Positions 47,626-56,515 of a DNA stretch of 64,000 nucleotides are shown piece after piece. The stretch covers positions 1 through 64,000 of IMG/VR virus record IMGVR_UViG_3300028536_000014. One strand, 5' to 3'. Positions within the stretch are counted from its first letter, which is position 1; the number at the start of each line of letters is the position of its first letter. The position numbers and the translations under genes were made by a program. The notes under the pieces are model-generated. The model was not told where the DNA came from, made no database searches, and saw only the letters and a list, made by a program, of their open reading frames with translations.

Positions 47626-49952
47626 TGATGCGCTACTTTCTATTGGTTTGCTTATACGCGTTGACACACTACGAGCAGATGGATGTCTTTTTTCACGTGA
47701 TTGAAACGTTGATGTCCTTTGGGGAAATCAGTTTATTTGACACACTTGTACGTCATGGGTGAATATCTAATTATGATGCACTAAATCCTTCTGGGTTACT
47801 AGCCAATAGAAATACGCTTAGTGTCGTTGTGTGAACACATTTCAATGACCTGACACGCTTTCATAGTGCGGATTACTACTTTTCATTGACACACTTGCTT
47901 ACATTGGGTAGCTATGAGAAGGTGATTGCACTGAACTCTCACATAAAGTATATGTGACTGAAATTGTTTCAGAATGGAGCGCTGTATCTTTAAGGTTTAC
48001 TCACGATCAGTTGACACACTTTTTCTCAATGGGTGACTAATTAGGGTTGATACACTAATCGAAAATGGGTGAATACGTCCTTTTGATACGTTAACGTCGT
48101 TTGGATTTACTTACGGCGTATGACTCACTTTTTTCCAATGGATAACTATGGATCGTTGGAACACTTTAACTTGCTGGATGAATTGCAGAAGATAGTGAAA
48201 CACTAGAATCTCGTGGATGGATACTTCCCGTTGATGCGTTTATCTGATATGGATGTCTACTGATGGTTAACACACGCTCGCGCTATTGGGTTTATTATTT
48301 CCACAGACACGTTCGTTGACACTGAGTGAATAAATTACTATGACACGTTCTGTACTTGTGGATGACTCTGGCGACAATAACACACTCGCTTATATTGGAT
48401 TACTTTGATATAATGATACATTCGCTGATTTTGATGGATAACTCGAATTCCATGACACATTCAAATACTAAGGTTGACTCTGATTCTTTAACACGTTTTA
48501 TCTTAGTGGATGTCTACAACCCAATGACACAATTAATCTTTGAAGGGTTTCTTTTCTCTTCTAATGTTCACTCTTGATCTTTGGATGAATACAGATCAAT
48601 GATCCGCTAGTTCAAATTGGGTTACTTCCGTACATTGACACACTTTTGTTGACTGGATGTCTACCGACTGATGATGCACTTAGCATTTATGGATTACTAT
48701 ATGTAAAAGGTACGATCTTTGCCCTTGGGGTTCTGAGGAAACTTGACTCAATTGATCGTTTTGGTTGACTTCTTCTTCAAGTTACACTTGTCACTACTGG
48801 ATGTCATGTAGATTTTTATTCACATATCAAGCATGGTTATCTTTTCATCTTTGATACACTTTCCACTAGTGGGCGACTTTTAATTCCTGATACGTTTTAC
48901 GGTTATGGTTGACTATTTGTCTACGACACACTTGAACCCCATGGTTGACTAATTGTAGTTGATACAATAATAACATCTGGATTTTTTCCTTATATTGTTT
49001 CACTACTTAACATTGGGTTTATTACCGCGTATGGTGCGCTAACGTTCTTTGGGATACTTTATTGATTTGACACACTTTTGATCTTTGGGTCACTTTAGAT
49101 CACTAATTCACTAGCCGATATGTGGTTATCTTCTTCCTCTAGATACGTTTAACCACTATGAATGTCTTAACTTCTCTGACATACTTTATGGAGATGGGTT
49201 TCTTTAATGGAATGATACATTTACGCAATATGGGTTCATCTTGAGTGATGACACACTATCGTTCTTTGGTTGACTTTCAGACAGTGGTTCACTAGATACT
49301 TATGGAGATCTTTTTTTGGGGGGGGGGGTGATTCGTTTCCTCATTATGGATTTCTATTTGACATTAACACATTAATTTTCGCTGGGTTTATTCACACCGA
49401 TAACACGATAGATGATATTGGGTTTCTCCAGCATTTAACACACTAAGCTAATTTGGGTGAATGGTTTTAATTGATACACTTCGTATCGATGGTTGAATTC
49501 CAACATTTGGTACATTTTACTTCGATGATTTTCTTGATCTCTTTGATGCGATTGTATTCAATGGTTGTCTACACACTTATGTCACATTAGGTTATTTTGG
49601 ATGACTTTTTGTCGATGACGCACTAACGCTACTTGGATAACTCGTTTTCGATGATACATTGTCAGTTCACTGGGTGACTGTCGTCTTTTGATGCACTTTG
49701 AAAGGGTAGGTTTATCGGAGTCTGTGATACACTAAACCTCTATGGTAGAATTATGGTTATTGATACACTTGAATATTTATGGGTTACTGATAGTCAATGA
49801 TATTCGCTGCGTTCTTCTGGTTGACTCACTAATGGTAACACATTTGGTTGCTATGGTGTTCTTTCTTCTTCAAATTACACTAATGAATCGTGAGAATATT
49901 TCTATTGTGATACACTTGTACCTAATGGATGAATCTTTTCCCATGATTATGA
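47626..49952 (-). ncRNA. TIGR-type array: about 62 tandem 36-nt units (9-nt repeat, 9-nt spacer, 9-nt repeat, 9-nt spacer)
   Basis: Plus-strand consensus TGAYACACT-N9-TGGRTKACT-N9. Examples: 48012 tgacacact ttttctcaa tgggtgact aattagggt; 48048 tgatacact aatcgaaaa tgggtgaat acgtccttt; 49908 tgatacact tgtacctaa tggatgaat cttttccca. Hand count: 8 units in 47626-47922 and 54 in 47975-49943; spacers appear unique. Confidence 0.9.
47945..47964 (-). promoter_or_regulatory. Early-type promoter inside the TIGR array
   Basis: Minus strand ATTTCAGTCACATATACTTT interrupts the 36-nt register. Confidence 0.65.
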
Positions 49953-49969
49953 GAACTCTCGTTCTCAAA

Positions 49970-50033
49970 TAGAGTATGTATGATTGAAATAATTTAAAAA
50001 CAAAAAAAGAGAAGAGACAAAAGTCTCTTCTCT
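49970..50033 (-). promoter_or_regulatory. Terminator + early promoter cassette driving the TIGR array
   Basis: Hairpin 50008-50033, then ATTTCAATCATACATACTCT about 20 nt before the first array repeat. Confidence 0.75.
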
Positions 50034-50054
50034 ATGAATTTCTTTTTTTTTTAC

Positions 50055-50387
50055 CTACATGATTACTCGGTCGGAAAGACCGTCAATCACGCTATTGATC
50101 AACTCAGGATGCTTGTTGATCAACGTCAATACAAGACACTCGATATCATCCGGAGTCTTCTGCCCCGTTTCCCACCGCTGCATCGAGCCAGATGCAAACC
50201 CGTAGTAATTTTCAAATTCTCGTCGGGTAAGATCAGTCCGTGTCCGCGTAACCATGATGTTGAAAGGAGTTAACATCATAGCTTCACGAGTGGGTTTTCG
50301 ATCACCCACTGTACATTCCACTATTTCTTTGAGACCACGCAAAACAACTGCTTGCATTCCTTCAGACTGCCAGCCTTCATGTTGCAT
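50055..50387 (-). CDS. XRE/Cro-like HTH protein (HigA/MqsA-type DNA-binding domain)
   Basis: TRREFENYYGFASGSMQRWETGQKTPD...LINKHPE. Confidence 0.7.
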   Translation of the reverse strand: MQHEGWQSEGMQAVVLRGLKEIVECTVGDRKPTREAMMLTPFNIMVTRTRTDLTRREFENYYGFASGSMQRWETGQKTPDDIECLVLTLINKHPELINSVIDGLSDRVIM

Positions 50388-50398
50388 TGTAAAACCCC

Positions 50399-50719
50399 CT
50401 ATTGAGTGATTTCGCGTAATACTTCGTCAAAGGTTAAACCATCTTGAGGTACTTCATCCTGATATAAATCAGGATCTGTGGAATCATTTTCTCCGATCTC
50501 AGTTTCAAGACCTAAAGAAATCAATTCCAAAGCTTTTTCACCTGACCACTGATATGCTCCAATCGATACGTTGATATCGATACGGCCGCGATATCCTATT
50601 GCGACTTCATCGTTCGTAATAGGATTAGTCCAGAATATCTCACAATCACCGTGAGTATGATCGGGATATTCGGTTCGAATACAATTGGATAAGAAGATCT
50701 TGGCTTCATCTAGTGTCAT
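50399..50719 (-). CDS. Hypothetical acidic protein
   Basis: 106 aa ORF. Confidence 0.65.
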   Translation of the reverse strand: MTLDEAKIFLSNCIRTEYPDHTHGDCEIFWTNPITNDEVAIGYRGRIDINVSIGAYQWSGEKALELISLGLETEIGENDSTDPDLYQDEVPQDGLTFDEVLREITQ

Positions 50720-51141
50720 GATTTAGCCTTAGATCTTATAACAGCATCCCAATCTGCTATTGCTGGATCATATTTTGTGTTATAAACAATGCTTGTTGAT
50801 CGTTTACAATCATAACAAAAACCAGTATAATCCTTAAAATCATAATGTTCCCAATGTTGTTTTTCAACATTCCATTTTGATAAAGAATTGATTGTGATAT
50901 CTTCTCCTAAACAAGAGATACAACGCATCTGTTTATATGAGATCGATTTTCCTTTCTTTTTCATCTTAATGAAAAAGAAAGTGGTCATAATTAATGCAGT
51001 AAAAATGACAATTACTGCTAGACCCAAAATAAGACTTAACCCTTCTAGACCTAACGTTAGAGTTAAATCACGAACGAAGTAATACGATAAATCATTAACA
51101 AAATGTTCCATCTTATTTTCCTTATAAAAAAGTAAAAACAT
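50716..51141 (-). CDS. Membrane-anchored protein with CxxC zinc ribbon
   Basis: TM helix followed by CISC...CYDC; likely start MEHF. Confidence 0.6.
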   Translation of the reverse strand: MFLLFYKENKMEHFVNDLSYYFVRDLTLTLGLEGLSLILGLAVIVIFTALIMTTFFFIKMKKKGKSISYKQMRCISCLGEDITINSLSKWNVEKQHWEHYDFKDYTGFCYDCKRSTSIVYNTKYDPAIADWDAVIRSKAKS

Positions 51142-51199
51142 ATCTCTAGAGTAGGTTTGACCTACTCTAGAGATTTATTGTTATAGTTTTGAACAAATG

Positions 51200-51433
51200 T
51201 CAATCTGGATTCCTGGGAATTCTGTCGATTGTAACACTTAAATCGACAGAAAGTTGTGGAATGTAAATGTGATCACACGTCCATATCGTGAAATCATGAA
51301 CATCCTGAAGTTCCTCATCAAGAGAACGTTCAAACTCTTCTTCAGACAGGGTGCAGACTTCAATGTCAGAAAGCGTTTCTCCACATTCTGACATCCTATC
51401 AAGTAAAACTTCCTTAAAGATTGCGCTTGTCAT
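51200..51433 (-). CDS. Small acidic hypothetical protein
   Basis: 77 aa ORF. Confidence 0.6.
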   Translation of the reverse strand: MTSAIFKEVLLDRMSECGETLSDIEVCTLSEEEFERSLDEELQDVHDFTIWTCDHIYIPQLSVDLSVTIDRIPRNPD

Positions 51434-51591
51434 GACGATACCTCACTTTGTTTGGGTTAAACGGTTAAATACAAATCTCCGCATCCCCCATCCTCTCAAG
51501 CACGATATAGTTCGTTATGAGATTTTTTTACAATCTATTCAAAAAAGTTGTAACTAATATATCACCTCATAAAATATTAGTGATATATTAG

Positions 51592-52224
51592 TTATCCTAT
51601 TTTTTCACCCCACGGAGATGTTGGATCTTCTCCAGCTAATGCAAACATTTTAGCAATACGTTGATTGTGACGAATATCAATCTTCTGGTCCCAAGTCAAT
51701 TCTTTATCTCCTTCACGGAGATCTTCGAAATAGGTAGTAGAAATCCATTGTTCATTATCACCTTCGAAGCGAATTACTCCATTTTCCACTCGTCTAAAAT
51801 CATAATGTTCGTGACGAAGAAACGAAGGATCCATATCGATATAATTGCCTGCAAAACCAGAACAAAGTTGATGATGATACTTATCTCTGATATAAGGTTC
51901 AGCCATAATATACCGCTGCATCAATGGTGGAGCTGATTGAAGTTCTTCAAGTGAGTCGTAACGATTAATAGCGTTAGGATTGACGATATTCTTCGCCATT
52001 CGAACTGCTGCTCTAGCAGCACGTTCTACAGAGCTATCATAAAACTGTTCAACCAGTTTCTTGGAATCTTCAACAAATTTACGACCAGATTCCATAATCG
52101 TACTTCCAATATTCTGGAATTGATTCTGGATATAGTTAAAAGTATTCGGATGCTGTTCTGGATATAAAAGATAATCAAATGTTTCCGGTGAATTGGATTC
52201 CATTACATTAAGGTTATAACTCAT
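51592..52224 (-). CDS. Conserved phiKZ-like hypothetical protein
   Basis: 210 aa; LQSAPPLMQRYIMAEP...HYDFRRVENG. Confidence 0.7.
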   Translation of the reverse strand: MSYNLNVMESNSPETFDYLLYPEQHPNTFNYIQNQFQNIGSTIMESGRKFVEDSKKLVEQFYDSSVERAARAAVRMAKNIVNPNAINRYDSLEELQSAPPLMQRYIMAEPYIRDKYHHQLCSGFAGNYIDMDPSFLRHEHYDFRRVENGVIRFEGDNEQWISTTYFEDLREGDKELTWDQKIDIRHNQRIAKMFALAGEDPTSPWGEKIG

Positions 52225-52281
52225 GCTATCTCCAGGATGAATTCAGAGGATAAGTAAATTGAAATGAAATACATACAGATA

Positions 52282-52578
52282 TCAAGGAACCTTGATATCT
52301 GTAATTTTAATTGTTTTTACGAGATTAACAATACCCGTTCCGAACTCCATGACATTCGGAGGTGTTCCTGCTTTATGAAGACGGATTAATTCAGCCTCCA
52401 ATTCAGGTGTATGTCGCATACGTGTGCGAAGATAAACGACGTCGTTCGCACAAGCTTGACTAATACCAGGTTGTTTCTCGAGCTCATTGATTTGATTCCA
52501 CCAATCAGCAAATAAATTATGTTTCAAAACTTCACTCATTTTACTAACCTCTTTCAATTTTATTGACTGGAGCATCAA
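52282..52578 (-). CDS. Hypothetical protein
   Basis: Likely start MSEVLK; promoter motif at 52581-52600. Confidence 0.65.
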   Translation of the reverse strand: MMLQSIKLKEVSKMSEVLKHNLFADWWNQINELEKQPGISQACANDVVYLRTRMRHTPELEAELIRLHKAGTPPNVMEFGTGIVNLVKTIKITDIKVP

Positions 52579-52610
52579 ATAGAGTATTTATGACTGAAAA
52601 TGTTTAGGAA

Positions 52611-53003
52611 TTACTCTCGTTCATCTTTAAGATAAAATGGAAGTAATGGAATCTTAACTGTTTGTCCTACCAGTTTATGGGTACAATCAGATAGGAATTC
52701 GATAGTTCCATTTCTTACATAAGAGTGACAATGAGTGCAGAGCGTTGGTCTTCGTTCAATTGCTGCTTCGTTACATTCTTCACAATGTGGTGGTTGAAGT
52801 TCACCAGAAACGTAATGCCCTGTTTTGACATCAACAGATGGGTTAAAAGTTGGATAATGATGATTTCCATTATATTCCCAAGATGGACGAACATTAGAAT
52901 CTGTTCGAATTCGAAGAATATGCATATCTTCGCAGCCAGGACAATAAAAACCAATACGTTCTTTAGTACTTTGATACAGAATAGGACTCAAAATCATACC
53001 CAT
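52611..53003 (-). CDS. DUF6527-like Cys/His metal-binding protein
   Basis: FYCPGC..MH...WEYNGN...PTFNPSV...CHSYVRNG.IEFLSDCTH. Confidence 0.6.
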   Translation of the reverse strand: MGMILSPILYQSTKERIGFYCPGCEDMHILRIRTDSNVRPSWEYNGNHHYPTFNPSVDVKTGHYVSGELQPPHCEECNEAAIERRPTLCTHCHSYVRNGTIEFLSDCTHKLVGQTVKIPLLPFYLKDERE

Positions 53004-53076
53004 ATTGAATTCCTCATCAAGTTTCTCAATAGATGAAGAAAAAAAAACACTAGGAGGAAATTCCTAGTGTTTTGGT

Positions 53077-53382
53077 TTAATCATGATTCCACCAATAGTC
53101 TGTTTCTTTAACTGGTTTAAATTTAACTTCCAACACTTTCGATGTATCGATTTTATAACGATTGAACTCTTCCGTTGTTAGTCCAACTGCTTTCTTAACA
53201 TCGGTAAGGAAACGACCCATTTTGTTTCGTTTGAAAACGCAAACGTTGGTTTGTTCACCTTTCCGATAAAGAAGTAAAACGATCTGTGTCGTAGTGGATT
53301 GATCGATGATAAAATATCGACCCTGTACCTTTAAAGCGCTGCTAAGTTGAACAAACTTGTTTTTGTTTTCTTGAGTCAACAT
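53077..53382 (-). CDS. Hypothetical basic protein
   Basis: 101 aa ORF. Confidence 0.65.
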   Translation of the reverse strand: MLTQENKNKFVQLSSALKVQGRYFIIDQSTTTQIVLLLYRKGEQTNVCVFKRNKMGRFLTDVKKAVGLTTEEFNRYKIDTSKVLEVKFKPVKETDYWWNHD

Positions 53383-53405
53383 AGAGATCTATTCCCGATT
53401 GATGT

Positions 53406-53639
53406 TCAAGCTCTTACGTCGATGATTGGAGTTGTTCGTACCCACTGTTTGGTGTTGGTGTTCCATTCATGAGTTTGACCGACAGACTCGATGTATGTTG
53501 CGAAGAAATCGATCGCCGCCACAGCACCTCGTTGGATGCCAGCTTTCCTGAATGCATCAACTTCATCGATACCTTTAACAACACTCGTATGACCATCGAG
53601 CCAGTAAATGATAAAACTCTTATCATTTTGAAAAGACAT
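53406..53639 (-). CDS. Small protein, ~65 aa IYW...AG...W..W paralogous family
   Basis: FIIYWLDG...VKG..EVDAFRKAG...THEWNTNTKQWV. Confidence 0.7.
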   Translation of the reverse strand: MSFQNDKSFIIYWLDGHTSVVKGIDEVDAFRKAGIQRGAVAAIDFFATYIESVGQTHEWNTNTKQWVRTTPIIDVRA

Positions 53640-53660
53640 GATAACCTCCTAATAGATTAT

Positions 53661-54164
53661 CTAAGCTATAGCAACACTGACAAATGGTGGACGATGGTAT
53701 GTTATAGCTGTCCAATGATTGGTTTGAGTGTTCCAAATCCAACGAATCTCTTTCTCGTTTTTACATTCGTAGAAATCGAACAACTCTGACATTTTGTCGA
53801 GACTATATCCAGCATCGACATAAGCCGGAATGATATCTTCAGCTGAACTCACAGCGGTTGTTCCATCAACCCAGTGAAACCGGAACATCTTAACCGATAT
53901 CAAAGATGTTTTCAATACCCACGTATTTGTCTTGTGTGACCAGATGAAACGATTGCCGATCAGATTATGGAACTCATGATCGTGAACGATACTTTTAACT
54001 GTATCGGTGCTAAAACCAGCTTTCTTACAAGCATTGTCGAGAGTTGTTCCTTCCACCTGAATAGAACTACCGTTTTTCAGATAGATCATGTACCGCTTGA
54101 TTTTACCAGACATTTTAAATATTCCTTTAATAAATGTTAAAAGGTGTTGGATCGTTTGATCCAT
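53661..54164 (-). CDS. Protein with two tandem copies of the same ~65 aa domain
   Basis: YMIYLKNG...AG...WSHKTNTWV and FRFHWVDG...AG...WNTQTNHW; likely start MSGKIK. Confidence 0.7.
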   Translation of the reverse strand: MDQTIQHLLTFIKGIFKMSGKIKRYMIYLKNGSSIQVEGTTLDNACKKAGFSTDTVKSIVHDHEFHNLIGNRFIWSHKTNTWVLKTSLISVKMFRFHWVDGTTAVSSAEDIIPAYVDAGYSLDKMSELFDFYECKNEKEIRWIWNTQTNHWTAITYHRPPFVSVAIA

Positions 54165-54385
54165 TGTTCATTAACAGGATCCCATTTATGGGATTTGCCT
54201 GTTCTAGGATAATAATCAGTATGAAAAGAAACTTCAAGTAACTTTCCTTCATAACCGGCGTTAATGAAAGCTTCAGCTGCTGTTTCTCCAACGATATTTT
54301 TTGACTTACCATTTGCAAAATAAATAGTGAAAGTTTTTGACACGGTAATCATCCTCAATAAGTTGGAATAACCAACAGAATTCAA
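54137..54385 (-). CDS. Small protein, same ~65 aa family
   Basis: FTIYFANG...VGETAAEAFINAG...HKWDPVNEQWI. Confidence 0.7.
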   Translation of the reverse strand: MNSVGYSNLLRMITVSKTFTIYFANGKSKNIVGETAAEAFINAGYEGKLLEVSFHTDYYPRTGKSHKWDPVNEQWIKRSNTF

Positions 54386-54387
54386 TT

Positions 54388-54451
54388 AGAGTATATGTGA
54401 TTGAAATATTTTCAAAGAGACTACTATCAGGATATCCTGATAGTAGTCTCT
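54388..54451 (-). promoter_or_regulatory. Perfect 36-bp palindromic terminator + early promoter cassette
   Basis: agagactactatcaggatatcctgatagtagtctct (54416-54451); ATTTCAATCACATATACTCT (54388-54407). Confidence 0.7.
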
Positions 54452-54474
54452 AATGAATATGTTATTCTTGATTT

Positions 54475-55563
54475 TTAAGTATGATTTTGAACCAAGCTAT
54501 ATTGTTGCGCAATCATTATTTTTCGAGCACGTTCTATAGGTGTCATCGTTAATTCTTCATAAATCTTAACAAGCTCTTCGGCAGTTAACCGAATTTTCTT
54601 ATGATGTTTCAATCCTGTTAGGATAGCTGTTCCATCATCATTCATTATTGCATAAAAATTCTGTTCATATTCCTCAAGAACTTCTACTGCAGGAATTTGT
54701 TCCTTCTCTTCAAGAACTGGAGGATTAGGCATTACAAAACGTTTAGCCCAAGGACTTGTCCGACTACTCCGACAAATTCTACCAGCAGCTGCAAGTTTGT
54801 TCAAACGGACATAGACCGTCTGATACGACGCACCGATATGAGCTGCATAATCAACAGTATTAACAGTGTGATTACTAATGTAATCAACGATCTCATCATC
54901 CGTAACTGTTTTCCAATCTCTTTTATTGTTTTTGATTCTTTTACATAAAAGCATATCCAGCTCTTCCTTAGATACTAAGGGAAGTGGATCCTTAATGGGT
55001 TGAGTTGAAGATATAAGACTAGAACTGTCAGTAAGACTGACGTCAGGAGTATCTGGATTCTGAGATTCATTTTTGGGTTTAGATGATAATTTAGCAATCG
55101 GTTTGACATCTTCCGTTTGTATATTAACCTTATCATCCTTAATAACAGGTTCTGGTACTCGTTCTTTTTTCTTGATATATTTCAATAATTGATTAGAACC
55201 ATCGATTCTGCGCTCAATGATCTTTTGATTATCAAGATATCTCAGAACAGTAGTAAGTTCGTTCTTAAGATATGTTGGAGCTTTTTTCATCAAACCAAAT
55301 TCGAGAGCTGTTAGTGACATCTCACCATCAAAATCTTTGATACAATCCAAAACATGATGTTCAAGTGTTCGATGATGATCAGTATATATGTTAGGGTCAA
55401 TAAACTTTGGCTTAAAAGGAGCAGGACGTTCTTCCACAAGTATTTTTGGTTTTGGTTGAGAATGAGAAGTTTGTTTCTTACGAAACTTTTCATTAAACTT
55501 CTGGATTGGATCAACGTCTGGACTGCTCATGTTTTTTCGCCTTATGTAATACCCTTTGTTCAC
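54475..55563 (-). CDS. Putative DNA-binding protein with two winged-helix-like segments
   Basis: LTALEFGL...LRYLDNQKIIERR and IGASYQTVYVRLNKLAAAGRI. Confidence 0.55.
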   Translation of the reverse strand: MNKGYYIRRKNMSSPDVDPIQKFNEKFRKKQTSHSQPKPKILVEERPAPFKPKFIDPNIYTDHHRTLEHHVLDCIKDFDGEMSLTALEFGLMKKAPTYLKNELTTVLRYLDNQKIIERRIDGSNQLLKYIKKKERVPEPVIKDDKVNIQTEDVKPIAKLSSKPKNESQNPDTPDVSLTDSSSLISSTQPIKDPLPLVSKEELDMLLCKRIKNNKRDWKTVTDDEIVDYISNHTVNTVDYAAHIGASYQTVYVRLNKLAAAGRICRSSRTSPWAKRFVMPNPPVLEEKEQIPAVEVLEEYEQNFYAIMNDDGTAILTGLKHHKKIRLTAEELVKIYEELTMTPIERARKIMIAQQYSLVQNHT

Positions 55564-55640
55564 ATGAATACTACATCAATTAAAAAAAAAGATATACACG
55601 AGCTTTTTAGGCTCGTGTATATAGGATTGTTTTTTGATGA

Positions 55641-56090
55641 TTATTCTGATCGATCTGGTTTCATAAAACGCAAACCCATGGCGTCACGACGTTTACCTTT
55701 ATGACGATTATTAGCATGTATCTGAGGTTGAAATTGGAAATCGATAGGAAGTCCACTGATCTTGGTTAAATGTTCTGAAATAAGAACAGTCAGAAGAAGC
55801 CATCGAGGATCATGTTCCCATTGACCATTTGGACCAGAATCAGGAAACAATTTCGCAAACCCTTCATCTGACATAATGTATCTTAAATCGACATCTCTCC
55901 AATCAGGTCGTTCTAATACAGACCCAACTAAATAAATACCGTATTCACCAAATGCATCATGCAGATTCTGACAAGCTTGTTCCAATATGAATTTGGCTGG
56001 AGCACCGACATAACAAAACTTAGTTCGAGGTTTAAGCGAATTTTCAGTTTTGACAACTTCATCAGTTACTTCAGCGGTTTGTTCACTCAT
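55641..56090 (-). CDS. Minimal nucleotidyltransferase (Pol-beta superfamily)
   Basis: IYLVGSVL...RDVDL signature plus downstream PIDFQ. Confidence 0.7.
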   Translation of the reverse strand: MSEQTAEVTDEVVKTENSLKPRTKFCYVGAPAKFILEQACQNLHDAFGEYGIYLVGSVLERPDWRDVDLRYIMSDEGFAKLFPDSGPNGQWEHDPRWLLLTVLISEHLTKISGLPIDFQFQPQIHANNRHKGKRRDAMGLRFMKPDRSE

Positions 56091-56515
56091 TACGCTGCTG
56101 ATTCTGCGGTGCTTTCTTGTACTGGAGCCACCTGTGATTCCAACACGATATCGAAATCTTCATCGGAATATTCTGTCTTACCTTCCAAGATATCGGTAAC
56201 GATACCTACCAGAAAAGGATTGAGAATCATTTCACCCACGATATCCTTGACCAACTTGAGATCGTCAATCAATAGACCAGGCTTCTTACGCTTGGAGATT
56301 TTGCGAATGAGGTTATACTTGGCCATCTTCTGACCCATGGTATCGCGTTCTTTCGTTGGTTCAGAATTCAGCGCCATCAACAACACCTTACGAAGTGTGA
56401 AGGGGATGTGCTTGAATTCCTTTCCGTTATTTGTTGCTGGATCAGTTGCAACAACTTCGGCAAAAGGTTTGCCGTCAAAATTCATCAACTGTTGATCATA
56501 ATCAATGTCAGCCAT
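56090..56515 (-). CDS. Hypothetical protein, possible tail-fibre assembly chaperone
   Basis: 141 aa, immediately downstream of the tail fibre gene. Confidence 0.5.
   Translation of the reverse strand: MADIDYDQQLMNFDGKPFAEVVATDPATNNGKEFKHIPFTLRKVLLMALNSEPTKERDTMGQKMAKYNLIRKISKRKKPGLLIDDLKLVKDIVGEMILNPFLVGIVTDILEGKTEYSDEDFDIVLESQVAPVQESTAESAA

Noticed and set aside
48356-48577. 73 aa ORF inside the array (also 49742-49972)
   Set aside because: Chance ORFs from the periodic repeats, on the strand opposite to transcription, with no SD
47626-49952. CRISPR array
   Set aside because: The repeats are two alternating degenerate 9-mers with 9-nt spacers, not 23-47 nt conserved repeats with ~30 nt spacers, and there are no cas genes
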